From Bdellovibrionota bacterium (lineage in GTDB: Bacteria > Bdellovibrionota_C > UBA2361), in the NCBI GenBank assembly GCA_044352465.1, contig JBILDU010000001.1, positions 1 to 64,000 on the forward strand: 64,000 nucleotides of DNA, given 5' to 3'. The notes beneath the pieces are model-generated. The model searched no databases, had not been told where the DNA came from, and was given only the letters and a program-made list of their open reading frames with translations. The position numbers were made by a program, and so were the translations under genes. Below are positions 18,902 to 29,609 of the stretch, in pieces. Numbering within the stretch: the first letter of the stretch is position 1; each line of letters opens with the position of its first letter.

Positions 18902-19149
18902 AACCCTCCTGCTACTCCAACCCTGGACCGACTCTCAAGAGAGCAGATTTTCTGGTCGGGGTATTCGATCTCTCTGGTGTGCCTTCGGAGTTCCTTCGGG
19001 ACACACGCCCCAAGGTGCGAAGGGCCCCTCAAATGGGCTCTCCTCATCGTACGAGGCGAATCTTTCGCCTTACCTCACCCGCAAACGTCAGCGTAAGGAA
19101 ACTCTCCCAAAAGCTCCTCAGCCCAACGGGGCGCGTTGGTTGTTGCCTC

Positions 19150-20205
19150 TTAGGCCGTCCAGTCAGGACAACACTCCTCACCAAAGAAAGCACCCATCAC
19201 GAAGCGCCGCTCGATGAAGTTCGGCACAAGTTTCTGCCAGAAGGAGCTATTGACCGCGCGTTCGACCCCTATTTCGGCCTCGAGGGCTCGACGATCGTAG
19301 CGGAGAGGTACCTCTGCGCCGGTTTCAACTTCAACGACGCGGATTCGGCGACGCCCCGGCTCTCCGTCGGCGCTCGCGGAGTAGGCAAGATACTGTGAGC
19401 ACGGTGACCAGCACACATGCGCATCGCCTCTATCGTCGTGCGTCAGTGCCCGCACATTCGAGCCATCGCGATTCATGACATGGAGGTCTCCGTCACCCTC
19501 AAATTGTTTAAACTCAAGCACTGCTCTCTTTATCGCGGCGAGATCCCCCGACGCCACCGTTTCGACGATCGCGGAACGACGGCGATCGTACGCCTCTGCC
19601 GTGCGCCCGTTTCGCCGTGAGATAAAGGCGATCTGCGCACCATCCGGCGAGTAGCATGGGGCAACATCTTCGGCCGGATGATCGGTCAAACGATGAAAGG
19701 TCCGGGTTGCTGAACGAAACTCATAGATATCTTGCTCACACCGGGATAGGCCATCCGTGGAGGGCTCTGCTTTCCCGGAGAAGAGGATCGCTGTGCCTTC
19801 CGGTGACCACCGGGGTTCACTCTCGAGGCCTCGCCGTTGAAAGACGGGCGAGACTGCGCCTCCAGTCGCCGGGATAGAGCAAACATCCAGCTCTCCCCGC
19901 TCAGCTCCGTTCGTAACAAATAGAATCGAACGGCCATCGGGCGACCAACTCGGGGACTGGCAATATACCCCTTTCGTCAGGCACCGTTTCCCGCTTCCAT
20001 CACCGTTCATTATCCACACCGAAGGAACGAGATCGGGGCCCGTTGATAGGTAGACGATCTGCGATCCATCCGGCGACCAACGCGGAGCAGTATTGAATTC
20101 CTCTCCCGAGGTTAATTGGGTTAACCGCCCGCTTGCGAGATCAACGCACCACACATCAAAGTCTGTCGCCCGACCCGACGCGAAAACTAACCGCCCCTTG
20201 AGCAT
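19150..20205 (-). CDS. TolB-like beta-propeller protein (PD40 repeats)
   Basis: Repeated P.WSPDG motifs; no signal peptide. Confidence 0.85.
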   Translation of the reverse strand: MLKGRLVFASGRATDFDVWCVDLASGRLTQLTSGEEFNTAPRWSPDGSQIVYLSTGPDLVPSVWIMNGDGSGKRCLTKGVYCQSPSWSPDGRSILFVTNGAERGELDVCSIPATGGAVSPVFQRRGLESEPRWSPEGTAILFSGKAEPSTDGLSRCEQDIYEFRSATRTFHRLTDHPAEDVAPCYSPDGAQIAFISRRNGRTAEAYDRRRSAIVETVASGDLAAIKRAVLEFKQFEGDGDLHVMNRDGSNVRALTHDDRGDAHVCWSPCSQYLAYSASADGEPGRRRIRVVEVETGAEVPLRYDRRALEAEIGVERAVNSSFWQKLVPNFIERRFVMGAFFGEECCPDWTA

Positions 20206-20468
20206 AGTTATCCCTCTCTTTTTTCCATCAAATACTTCGGCTCAAAAGGATATTTACTTGAGGCTTCAAAGAGTTACGCTGGGCGAGGATGAATCCCCGC
20301 GAAACAAAAGGCTCATATCTCGCATCATTGACGACGACACGGCAACTATAGGACGTTCAAGGGAAAATCGACTCTCACCTCGAGCGGAACGCCGTTCTCT
20401 TTCCCGGCTATCGCGCCCGGATGGTGGGAGCACCAAGTGAAAACCAATTTCTCTGCGAGTATCTCATC

Positions 20469-22322
20469 ATGGTAGACAAGACCTTCGACCCCCGCACCGC
20501 ATGGGACAATTCAACCGAGTACGCCGGGCTTGCCACCCCCGATATCACCGCAGACCTCGACCGTGTCAGCGAGCTGTTAGCGCTGCTGCAGGATCGTAGC
20601 GGCGAGCTCGGCGAGGGTCTCCTCCACAGCCCCTCCACGACCGAACGTTGGCGCGCCCTTATTCCGGTGGCACACGATCTCTACCGCTTCGTCGATGAGG
20701 CTGACCGACTTCTTTCAAACCTGGCGGTATTCGCTGAATGTGAGGCGAGCCTCGACTCGAAAAATTCGCTCGCTCGCAGTCTCGGCACCGACCTGCAAGC
20801 TCGCTCGGCAAAGCTCTCCGAGCTGTCCGCGCCACTCCGACACTTTTCCCTGCGCCTTCCCGAGGAGCTCCTTACCGAGTATCTCGGCGACAGTCAGGTG
20901 CGTGAGTCGGAATTTAAAATCCGTTTTGGTCGAGCCCGCGTTGCCGACACCCTTCTGCCGCTTCGCGAGGAGCAGCTACTCGACATTCTCGATGTCAATG
21001 GAACCACCGCATGGGGAAACCTGTATACAAATATCGCGGGCACGGCACGAACGCAGATCGTGCTCAATGGGTCCCCGCGCGAAGCGACGCTGGCGACCCT
21101 CAGTGGGCTTCTTCAAAGCCCCGATGCTGAGACCCGCCATGTCGCTTACCGCGGTACGCAGGAGATCTGGGCTCTGCATGAGGAAGCGGCGGCAGCTGGA
21201 CTCAACGCGCTGAGCGGCTGGAGGCTCGACGTGTGCAAACGACGCTCACACACCCGCGTGATCGACTTTCTCGATGGCCCACTCGTCGCTAACCGCATCA
21301 CTCCCAAGACTCTCGACGTCCTTCTGGAGGTAACCCGTGAATCGCGTGGAATCGGTCAACAAGCTCTCACCCTTATGGCGCGGAGTCGGGGCGCACTCCA
21401 TCTGCATCCGGCCGATCTTTTCGCTCCGCCGCCGGAGCGAATTCTCCACGGTGAGGGCGAATCGATTACCTTCGACCGGGCCCTCTCGATCATCACCGCA
21501 GCTTTTGATTCGGTCGATCGCTCGATGGGGGATTTCGTTCGCACCATGCATACTAAAGGTTGGATTGAGGCGCGCGAGCTCCCACCGAAGCGTCCCGGCG
21601 CTTACTGCACCGGCTTTGCCAAATCGCGCACCCCTCGAGTCTACATGACGTACATGAACGGCATGCGTGATGCGAAGGTTCTCGCACACGAGCTTGGGCA
21701 TGCTCTCCACGAATGGGTGATGCGCGATCTCCCCCGAGCTCAAACCGATTATCCGATGACCGTTGCTGAAACCGCGAGCAATTTCGCAGAAATGGTCGTG
21801 GGCGACTATCTTGCACGAGAAGCAACGAACCCTCGCGACACCCTGTATGGTGCATGGCAGTCGGTCCAGGACGGCATCGCTTATACGATTAACATTCCGG
21901 CTCGGTTTGAATTCGAACGTGAGTTTTATCGGCAGCGCGCCGCCCGAACTTTTATGCCGGACCAGCTCTCCACACTCATGGAGGAAACCCTCCGCGCCTG
22001 GTACGGCGATACCCTTGCGGAATTCGATAAACGCTTCTGGGCGAGCAAAATGCATTTTCACATCGCTGGGCTTTCGTTCTACAACTTCCCGTATCTCTTT
22101 GGATATCTCTTTAGCCTGGGAGTATACGCTCAACGGGTCGCTCTCGGCACCGACTTCTACCCGGCGTATGTGCGACTACTCCGAGATACCGGGAGACTCT
22201 CGATCGAGGAGCTCGCGCATAAGCATCTTGGTGTCGATCTCGAGGCACCGGGATTTTGGCGGCAAAGCTTTGCAATCTTTCAAAGGCAGGTCGATGCCCT
22301 CGAGCGTGCCATCGCTGTTTAA
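20469..22322 (+). CDS. M3 family oligoendopeptidase (PepF-like)
   Basis: KRPGAYCT, LAHELGHALH, AETAS and FYNFPYLFGYL. Confidence 0.92.
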   Translation: MVDKTFDPRTAWDNSTEYAGLATPDITADLDRVSELLALLQDRSGELGEGLLHSPSTTERWRALIPVAHDLYRFVDEADRLLSNLAVFAECEASLDSKNSLARSLGTDLQARSAKLSELSAPLRHFSLRLPEELLTEYLGDSQVRESEFKIRFGRARVADTLLPLREEQLLDILDVNGTTAWGNLYTNIAGTARTQIVLNGSPREATLATLSGLLQSPDAETRHVAYRGTQEIWALHEEAAAAGLNALSGWRLDVCKRRSHTRVIDFLDGPLVANRITPKTLDVLLEVTRESRGIGQQALTLMARSRGALHLHPADLFAPPPERILHGEGESITFDRALSIITAAFDSVDRSMGDFVRTMHTKGWIEARELPPKRPGAYCTGFAKSRTPRVYMTYMNGMRDAKVLAHELGHALHEWVMRDLPRAQTDYPMTVAETASNFAEMVVGDYLAREATNPRDTLYGAWQSVQDGIAYTINIPARFEFEREFYRQRAARTFMPDQLSTLMEETLRAWYGDTLAEFDKRFWASKMHFHIAGLSFYNFPYLFGYLFSLGVYAQRVALGTDFYPAYVRLLRDTGRLSIEELAHKHLGVDLEAPGFWRQSFAIFQRQVDALERAIAV

Positions 22323-22643
22323 CCGGTGAGGCTACTGCTCAGGAAGGCACGGAAGGTCGTCGTCCGATGCCGTTGCAGCGCACCCTCCCACGCACTATTT
22401 GCACGGCACACGGCATAAGCCGTCCTCGAATGACGCCTCCAAAGCAGCTTTACGTCAGACCTAAGAAAAACGTCGGTTAGCTCAGGTTTCCCGGGGATTA
22501 CGCGGCATTATCTCGCTCGGAAAGTCCCCCGAATAAGCGATCGGGTCGAGCTCAGTTTGGCGGTTCACCCACTTTCCCCTTTGGCTCGACTCTTGCCCCT
22601 CTGCACGAAGACAACACCACCGGGAATAATGGAGAAAACCCAC

Positions 22644-23141
22644 ATGAGAAGAACCGTCGCTCAGCTCTTCCTCACCCTGCTCACCATCCTTGGAGTCACG
22701 CTGGTTACACCGCTTGTCACGCTGGCCCAGGAGGATTTCATATGCTCAGCCGACCAGATCGAGTCAGCTCTCGATGACCTCGAGTGCATCGCCGACGGTG
22801 CTTTTATCTCTACTGAGAGCGCGGTTACTGCGATTGTCGAGCGGTGCTCCGATCTCCCCACTGAGCGAGCATGCCGCCGCTGTTTTAAGCGCGCCCAATC
22901 GAAACTTGTGCCGGCTCTTAAAACACTGAGCAAGCTTAGCCTCGTTGAGCGAGGTATCGTTGGCGCAATCAAAGCCTCTCTCGGTGACGAAGTAGAGGCC
23001 GCTTGCTCTGAGACCGAAGACGAGCTTCCGCCAGATGGCGATCAAAATAACGACGAGCCGATCGGGATGCCTACGGGGAATAGAGAGGACCTTGGTTTCC
23101 CTCTACCTTTTCCAGGCGGGCCACAATTTAACAAGCGCTGA
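22644..23141 (+). CDS. Hypothetical secreted Cys-containing protein
   Basis: GGAGA RBS, signal peptide ending TLA, 6 Cys, acidic Pro-rich tail. Confidence 0.65.
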   Translation: MRRTVAQLFLTLLTILGVTLVTPLVTLAQEDFICSADQIESALDDLECIADGAFISTESAVTAIVERCSDLPTERACRRCFKRAQSKLVPALKTLSKLSLVERGIVGAIKASLGDEVEAACSETEDELPPDGDQNNDEPIGMPTGNREDLGFPLPFPGGPQFNKR

Positions 23142-23196
23142 GCGCGCTACCCCGCCCCTGTCAGCCATCGGGCGAAAAACTGAGGTCTGCGACCGT

Positions 23197-25929
23197 TCAT
23201 TTCGCAGCTTTAGATGACTTTTTTTTCGCCGTCGCTGCAGGGGTTTTCTTGGCCCGCTTCGCCGGGGCTTTTTTGCTTTCTTGCTCGACGGGACTTTTCT
23301 GTGCTTTCGCTTTTGCCTTCGTCTTGGGCGCCGCGCGGCGACGCTTGCCGCCGCCACCGGCAGCGATCTTAGCGGCACGCGCCTCGAGTAATCCGACCGC
23401 ATCGCCGACGGAGAGCGTCGCCGGATCCGCGCCCTGAGGCAACGATGCGTTAATCTCGCCATCGGTCACGTAAGGTCCGTAGCGCCCGCTTTTGATAACG
23501 ATCTTTTTCTCGGTGACCGGATGAGGACCGACCTCGCGCATCGTCGAAGGCTGGGCCGCGCCTCGGCCGCGCCGACGTGGTTGTTTCAGCAGCTCAATGG
23601 CCTGCTCGAGGGTAAGAGTCAGTGGAGAGAGGGTCTCGAGTGGGATGGTCCGCGTCTCTTCGCCGGACTTAATGTACGGACCGTACCGACCGAGAAATAC
23701 CTGCACATCGGCACCGAGGGCTTCATACATCCCGAGATTCCGTGGGAAGCTCAGGAGCTGCATTGCCACCTCGTATGTCACTTGCTCGGGGGTCATCCCT
23801 GGCAAGAGCGATGCCATCTTTGGCTTTTCATCCTCATCGTTTTGATCGCCGAGCTGAACATAGGGACCGAAACGTCCCTTCTTTAAATAGACCGACTTTC
23901 CGGTCAAAGGATCGTTTCCGAGCGCAGTCGGCCCTTTCGCTGCATCAGCGAGAATCGCCACCGCCTTTTCAACATTGAGCTCGTCCGGCGCGATCCCATC
24001 AGGCAAACTCGAACGGGACTCTCCATTCGTCAAAAAAGGGCCGAAACGACCGATCCGCACCTCGACGGTGCGCCCCTGGTCGTCGGTCCCAAGCGGCAAG
24101 CCACACACCACTCGCGGATCGATCGCACTCTCTCCATTTTCAACGAGATTCTTTAGTCCAGCGTGGCCATTCCCGAAGTAAAAGCCCTTCAGGTAAGCCA
24201 GCCCATCAGCTTCGCCGCGAGAGATCGAGTCGAGATCGTCCTCTAACTTCGCCGTAAACTCGTATTCGGTCAGATCGGTAAAATAACGCTCCATCAACCC
24301 GATGACTGCCGTTGCAAGAAACGTTGGCACGAGCGCCGTACCCTTTTTAAAGGCGTAATCACGCGACAGCACAACGTCAACGATGGTTGCCCACGTGCTC
24401 GGGCGACCGATGCCGAGTCGCTCCAGCTCCTTAATAAGGCTCCCCTCGGTATAGCGGGCTGGGGGTTGAGTCTCGTGCTCAAGCGCTTCCATCCGCTTGG
24501 TATCGAGGGACTCCTTCACCTGAAGGTGCGGGAGGATCTTCTCCCGGTCAGCGAGATCCGCCTCGGGATCATCAGATCCTTCAACATACGCCCGCAGATA
24601 ACCGGGGAAAGCGATCGTCGAGCCAGCTGCGCGAAAGGTCGCTTCATCGACCTGGATCTGCACACTCACGCGTGTCCCGGTAGCGTCCTTCATCTGTGAA
24701 GCAATTGTGCGCTTCCAGATCAGTTCGTATAGGCGAAACGCCTCCTGGCCCAGTCGAGCTTGAACGACGGCTGGTGCAACAAAATCAGCACCGGCTGGAC
24801 GAATCGCTTCGTGAGCCTCTTGGGCATTTTTAACCTTCGTCTTGTATATACGGGGCTCTGGGTGGAGATACTCAGCTCCAAAATCGCGCACGATGAGCCC
24901 CCGCGCCCCTTGTAACGCTTCCTCGGAGAGTGTCGTCGAATCCGTACGCATGTAGGTGATAAAGCCGTTCTCGTACAGAACCTGCGCGACCTGCATCGTT
25001 CGTCGCGCTGAGAAGCTCAACTTGCGGCTCGCCTCTTGTTGTAAGGTGCTCGTCGTAAAAGGCGGATAGGGACGAGTCGTGTAAGGCTTCTCCTCAATCG
25101 CTCCCACGACGGGAGTGGCTTTCAGCAGCCGCTCGCGGAGCTCGCCCGCAGCTTTATCATCGAGGTGAACAACGTCCGCCTTTTCGAGCAACTTTCCACT
25201 CGTCGGCTCGAAGTCTTTTCCGATGGCAACGCGCTTGCCCCCCAGATGGGTCAAGTCAGCTTCAAATTGGGCGGTCGCTTCATCCTGTCCCACTTTACTG
25301 AACAAGGCTTTGAGATCCCAATACACCGCCTTACGAAAAGCGATCCGCTCCCGCTCCCGCGCCACCAGGAGCCGCAGGGCGACACTCTGCACCCGCCCCG
25401 CACTCAGACGCGGTGCCATTTTTTTCCATAAAAGCGGGCTCACCGAATAACCGAAAAGTCGATCGATGATCCGCCGTGTTTCCTGAGCCCGAACGAGATT
25501 CTCATCGATATCACGGGGCGTGTTCAGCGCTTCCTGAATCGCATCCTTGGTGATTTCATGAAACACCATCCGCTTCACCGGCACTTTGGGCTCAAGAACC
25601 TTGAGCAGATGCCAACTGATCGATTCCCCTTCGCGGTCTTCGTCGGTTGCGAGAAATAAGGTGTCCGAATCCTTGAGGAGAGCCTTCAACTCCCGCACGT
25701 TCTTTTTCTTATCTTCAGGGATAATGTAGAGCGGGTCGAAATCGGACTCGACGTTCACGCCTAAGCGGGCCCACTTTTGCTTTTTGATAGCTTCCGGAAT
25801 CTCAGCGGCGTTATTCGGGAGATCGCGCACATGCCCGTAGGAGGCGCGCACCTCGAAGTCCTTCCCGAGAAACTTCTCGATGGTTCGAGCCTTGGTGGGC
25901 GACTCAACGATGACGAGCGATTTACCCAT
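23197..25929 (-). CDS. topA: DNA topoisomerase I
   Basis: IVESPTK, DEDREGE, SAGRVQS and ITYMRTDS; C-terminal GR[FY]GP[YF] repeats. Confidence 0.97.
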   Translation of the reverse strand: MGKSLVIVESPTKARTIEKFLGKDFEVRASYGHVRDLPNNAAEIPEAIKKQKWARLGVNVESDFDPLYIIPEDKKKNVRELKALLKDSDTLFLATDEDREGESISWHLLKVLEPKVPVKRMVFHEITKDAIQEALNTPRDIDENLVRAQETRRIIDRLFGYSVSPLLWKKMAPRLSAGRVQSVALRLLVARERERIAFRKAVYWDLKALFSKVGQDEATAQFEADLTHLGGKRVAIGKDFEPTSGKLLEKADVVHLDDKAAGELRERLLKATPVVGAIEEKPYTTRPYPPFTTSTLQQEASRKLSFSARRTMQVAQVLYENGFITYMRTDSTTLSEEALQGARGLIVRDFGAEYLHPEPRIYKTKVKNAQEAHEAIRPAGADFVAPAVVQARLGQEAFRLYELIWKRTIASQMKDATGTRVSVQIQVDEATFRAAGSTIAFPGYLRAYVEGSDDPEADLADREKILPHLQVKESLDTKRMEALEHETQPPARYTEGSLIKELERLGIGRPSTWATIVDVVLSRDYAFKKGTALVPTFLATAVIGLMERYFTDLTEYEFTAKLEDDLDSISRGEADGLAYLKGFYFGNGHAGLKNLVENGESAIDPRVVCGLPLGTDDQGRTVEVRIGRFGPFLTNGESRSSLPDGIAPDELNVEKAVAILADAAKGPTALGNDPLTGKSVYLKKGRFGPYVQLGDQNDEDEKPKMASLLPGMTPEQVTYEVAMQLLSFPRNLGMYEALGADVQVFLGRYGPYIKSGEETRTIPLETLSPLTLTLEQAIELLKQPRRRGRGAAQPSTMREVGPHPVTEKKIVIKSGRYGPYVTDGEINASLPQGADPATLSVGDAVGLLEARAAKIAAGGGGKRRRAAPKTKAKAKAQKSPVEQESKKAPAKRAKKTPAATAKKKSSKAAK

Positions 25930-26126
25930 TTGACCTTATATATGTACCATCACCCCACCGCCATTTGATGCCGCGCAGGGGACTGTCAGATTCAAAAACG
26001 CCGTTCTGTCAGATAAACCGATCGGCTCCGTAAGATTACGGATATTTCGAGATCTTGCAAGCATAGCCGAGAATCGAGCGTCCGGCGCTGCGGCAACCCG
26101 CATGAAAAAACTTACCGGACGGGATA

Positions 26127-28016
26127 CTAGGCTACGTGCGAGCGGGTTCGTTTGAGGTGAATCGCCAATAGAGAGATAGTCGTCGGGGTAATCCCCGGGA
26201 TTCGCTGCGCTTGGCCGATCGAATAAGGCTGTAACTTCTTAAGCTTCTCCCGAGCTTCGATGCGAAGACTCGGCACGTCGTCGTACTGAAAATCCGGCGG
26301 AATTATCTCGTCCTCGAGCTTCCGCAGCTTCTGCACCTCGATCTCTTGGCGCTCAAGATAGCCACTGAATTTCATCTCGATCTCAAGCGCCGCAACGATC
26401 TCGGCCGAGAGGGGGCTTTCGCCGAACGGAATACGCCCTAAGATTTGGGAGAGGGTCAGCTCCGGACGCCGTACCAGCGTCGCTAAGGTCAAACTATCTT
26501 TAATCTCCGCGCTACCACACGAACGCAACCATTCGTTCTCAGTCTCAAGCGGCTTGATACGCGTCTGCTCGAGCCACCGACGGGCGCGCCCCAAAAGTTC
26601 AGCGCGAGCCTCATAGCGCTCGCGTTGCTCGACACCGACGAGCCCCTTCTCGATACCCTTCGGGCATAGTCGCGTGGTCGCATTGTCTTCTCGAAGAATG
26701 AGGCGATACTCCGCCCGCGAAGTGAACATTCGATACGGCTCGTCCACTCCGTTCGTCACCAAGTCGTCGATCATAACGCCGAGATATCCCTCACCCCGGG
26801 ACACGACAAGCGGTGCCTCCGCTTTGATTTCAAGGGCAGCGTTGGCCCCGGCGATTATTCCCTGACCCGCGGCTTCCTCGTATCCTGAGGTTCCGTTTAT
26901 CTGTCCCGCGAAGTAGAGCCCACCAACGATCTTCGTCTCAAGGGTCGGCTTCAAGGCGCGCGGGTCAACGAAGTCATATTCGACGGCGTAACCGGGCTGA
27001 AGGATCTCCACATTCTCAAGCCCCGGTATCATACGCACGAACTGGGCTTGAACATCGACCGGGAGACTCGTCGAGATGCCGTTCGGATAAACGATGTCAG
27101 AGGTATGCCCCTCTGGCTCAAGAAAGATCGTATGACTGGTCTTATCAGCGAAACGAAAAACTTTGTCTTCGATCGAGGGACAGTATCGTGGCCCCCCTGA
27201 GGTGATCTGCCCATTGAACATCGGGCTACGCTCCTTGTTCGCCCGAATTAGTTCGTGAATCGCCTCGCTCGTCGCGGTTTGCCAACACGAGATCTGGGGT
27301 TGGCGAATGACATCGGTCATCATCGAAAACGGAGCTGGCGGATCCTCCCCCGGCTGCTCTTTCAGAGCGGAGAAATCTATAGTCGAACGGCGGAGTCGGG
27401 GCGGTGTCCCGGTCTTCAATCGACCAAGCTCAAATCCCAACGCGCGCAAAGAGTCGGATAGTTCGTTCGAGGCAGCATCACCGCACCGTCCACCACATGT
27501 CTGAATGGAGCCGGTATGCATCAGTCCCTTTAGGAACGTTCCGGTGGTGAGCACCACGGCGCCGGCGTCAAACGTCGTCCCGTCTTTCAGGACGACTCCT
27601 GCGATCCGATGGTTCACTACGCGGAGCGACGCGACCTCACCCTCGCAGATGGTGAGGTTCTCTTGTCGGGCACAGAACGCCTGAACCCACCTCTTATAAA
27701 GGTCGCGATCGGCTTGGGCTCGCGAGGCTCGCACCGCAGGCCCCTTACTGGAATTGAGTGTCCGGAACTGAATCCCTGTCGCATCGATAGCGCGCCCCAT
27801 GAGCCCGCCCAGCGCATCCACCTCCTTCACGAGGTGCCCCTTACCAACCCCACCAATCGCGGGATTGCACGACATCTGCCCGATGCCATCTCGCCGAAGC
27901 GTTACCAACGTGGTCGCGACACCGCTGCGGGCAGCCGCAAGCGCCGCCTCGACGCCAGCGTGCCCTCCACCGATGACCACTAATCTTTTCGACACATTAC
28001 GACCTAAAGACACCAA
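26127..28016 (-). CDS. mnmG: tRNA uridine-5-carboxymethylaminomethyl modification enzyme MnmG (GidA)
   Basis: [35 protein letters not shown] and [16 protein letters not shown]. Confidence 0.97.
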   Translation of the reverse strand: MVSLGRNVSKRLVVIGGGHAGVEAALAAARSGVATTLVTLRRDGIGQMSCNPAIGGVGKGHLVKEVDALGGLMGRAIDATGIQFRTLNSSKGPAVRASRAQADRDLYKRWVQAFCARQENLTICEGEVASLRVVNHRIAGVVLKDGTTFDAGAVVLTTGTFLKGLMHTGSIQTCGGRCGDAASNELSDSLRALGFELGRLKTGTPPRLRRSTIDFSALKEQPGEDPPAPFSMMTDVIRQPQISCWQTATSEAIHELIRANKERSPMFNGQITSGGPRYCPSIEDKVFRFADKTSHTIFLEPEGHTSDIVYPNGISTSLPVDVQAQFVRMIPGLENVEILQPGYAVEYDFVDPRALKPTLETKIVGGLYFAGQINGTSGYEEAAGQGIIAGANAALEIKAEAPLVVSRGEGYLGVMIDDLVTNGVDEPYRMFTSRAEYRLILREDNATTRLCPKGIEKGLVGVEQRERYEARAELLGRARRWLEQTRIKPLETENEWLRSCGSAEIKDSLTLATLVRRPELTLSQILGRIPFGESPLSAEIVAALEIEMKFSGYLERQEIEVQKLRKLEDEIIPPDFQYDDVPSLRIEAREKLKKLQPYSIGQAQRIPGITPTTISLLAIHLKRTRSHVA

Positions 28017-28241
28017 ATCATGAAGATTTCGATCCGGTTACAGGAACTTATCTCTTTTCAATAAAACATGGGATTTTCTGCGGTAATCAACTGTTTATAC
28101 GATTTTCAGAATCAATTCAAGGTAATGGCAGGATTAGTGATTATCCCTGGTCGAAACGCACCATCGAAAGTGCCCGATTATTGGAGGGAACCGCTGTAAT
28201 CGGGTAGGGTGCGGCTGTTTCGACCCTGATTCGGTGAAACA

Positions 28242-29105
28242 TTGATTCGAAGTTTAGACGGTATGCTCTTGAACCACAGCTCTTACCATCCGCGCCGCGC
28301 CGCTGGCGCTTTGTGCGGAGCCCGGGTGTTGAGTTCGCTGCGGGCAAATCGCTCAATCGATGGCGTCACCGTTTTTATCTTTGCGGCCGCTTTTTCCCTT
28401 TCGGTCCTTATTACCGCTCTCGGTATGGTAGCGCGAAATTGGAGCGCACCTCTTGCAAACGCAAGCAGTCCCGCCGAATTCAACTTCAAAGTCGCGGTGG
28501 ACGGGCCGCGGTCAAAAGAGCAGTTTCTCGCTCGAGTTACCTCAGCTGAACGCCGCGAGATGGCCGCCACGGTTCACTATGTAAGCGATCTCATCGCCCG
28601 CAAAGCGAAGCGCCTCAGCCGCGGCGAAGCGCACCGACTCGCCCAACATATCGTCGTCGAGAGCAAACGCCAGAACTTCGACCCACTCTTCGTTGCTGCG
28701 GTTATCAAATCGGAAAGCACCTTCAACAAACAGGCGGTGTCGAACGTTGGGGCACTCGGGTTGATGCAGATACTTCCCGACACCGGGAAATATATCTCAC
28801 GCAAAAACTCCATCGACTGGCTCGGCGAGACGAACCTTACCGATCCGAGCTACAACATTCGCCTCGGTATCGCTTATCTCAAATATCTCGAGGGATACTT
28901 CGGCCAAAATCGCGAGCATATCCTGGTAGCCTACAACTGGGGGCCGGGGAATATGTTATCCGCTCTTAAAAAACAATCGAACCTGCCCAGCGGTCCGAAG
29001 AATTATGCGCATACGATCATGCGCGATCACTCGAAGTGGCAACGCGAATATGTCGATAGAGCCCAAGAATTTCAGTTCCTTGAAGCTGGCTCGCTCCTCG
29101 GTTAA
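28242..29105 (+). CDS. Lytic transglycosylase (SLT domain), membrane-anchored
   Basis: IKSESTF, AVSNVGALGLMQI and AYNWGPG; start uncertain. Confidence 0.9.
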   Translation: MIRSLDGMLLNHSSYHPRRAAGALCGARVLSSLRANRSIDGVTVFIFAAAFSLSVLITALGMVARNWSAPLANASSPAEFNFKVAVDGPRSKEQFLARVTSAERREMAATVHYVSDLIARKAKRLSRGEAHRLAQHIVVESKRQNFDPLFVAAVIKSESTFNKQAVSNVGALGLMQILPDTGKYISRKNSIDWLGETNLTDPSYNIRLGIAYLKYLEGYFGQNREHILVAYNWGPGNMLSALKKQSNLPSGPKNYAHTIMRDHSKWQREYVDRAQEFQFLEAGSLLG

Positions 29106-29203
29106 TCTTTGAGCGTTAAAGACTGCGCGGCTGCGTCAGGATCGTCGTCATTTTTTGAAGAGACCTGAACAGGAGTCGGTGCACTCTTACGAGGGATGCC
29201 CCA

Positions 29204-29419
29204 GTGACAACCGAACCGATCGATAGAGATCGCCAGAAGTGGGAACAGCTCCACGCTGAGGCGTGCGCGCGCGGCGACTTTACCTACCGGGATCCCCGCA
29301 CCGGTTACACCGTCTTTACCCGCTTAAAGCTCTTAGACCGTGGCTATTGCTGCAAATCCGGTTGTCGCCATTGCCCTTACGGGTTCATCCCTCCGAGCGG
29401 GAGCGATCAATCCGGCTAG
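29204..29419 (+). CDS. Small Cys-rich protein (DUF5522-like)
   Basis: YRDPRTGYTVFT...RGYCCKSGCRHCPY. Confidence 0.8.
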   Translation: MTTEPIDRDRQKWEQLHAEACARGDFTYRDPRTGYTVFTRLKLLDRGYCCKSGCRHCPYGFIPPSGSDQSG

Positions 29420-29609
29420 TCCTTCGACCAATACGTTTTTTCATCCTGGAGCCAGCCCAGACCTCGCCCGCAGGCTCCGCCTGGCAAGCTGACTCTCGGC
29501 TCAACACCGTACCCACCCGCACATCGCATCAACGCCCCTAAGTCACCGCTCTCATATTCCCCCTCATAACCTCTCATGTCAGCCTCATTTCCGTTTAAAA
29601 GGGTCTGCG

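Noticed and set aside
28182..28230. Additional REP copy (TGGAGGG... / GTAGGGT...ACCCT)
   Set aside because: Hairpin too weak and unlike the array consensus
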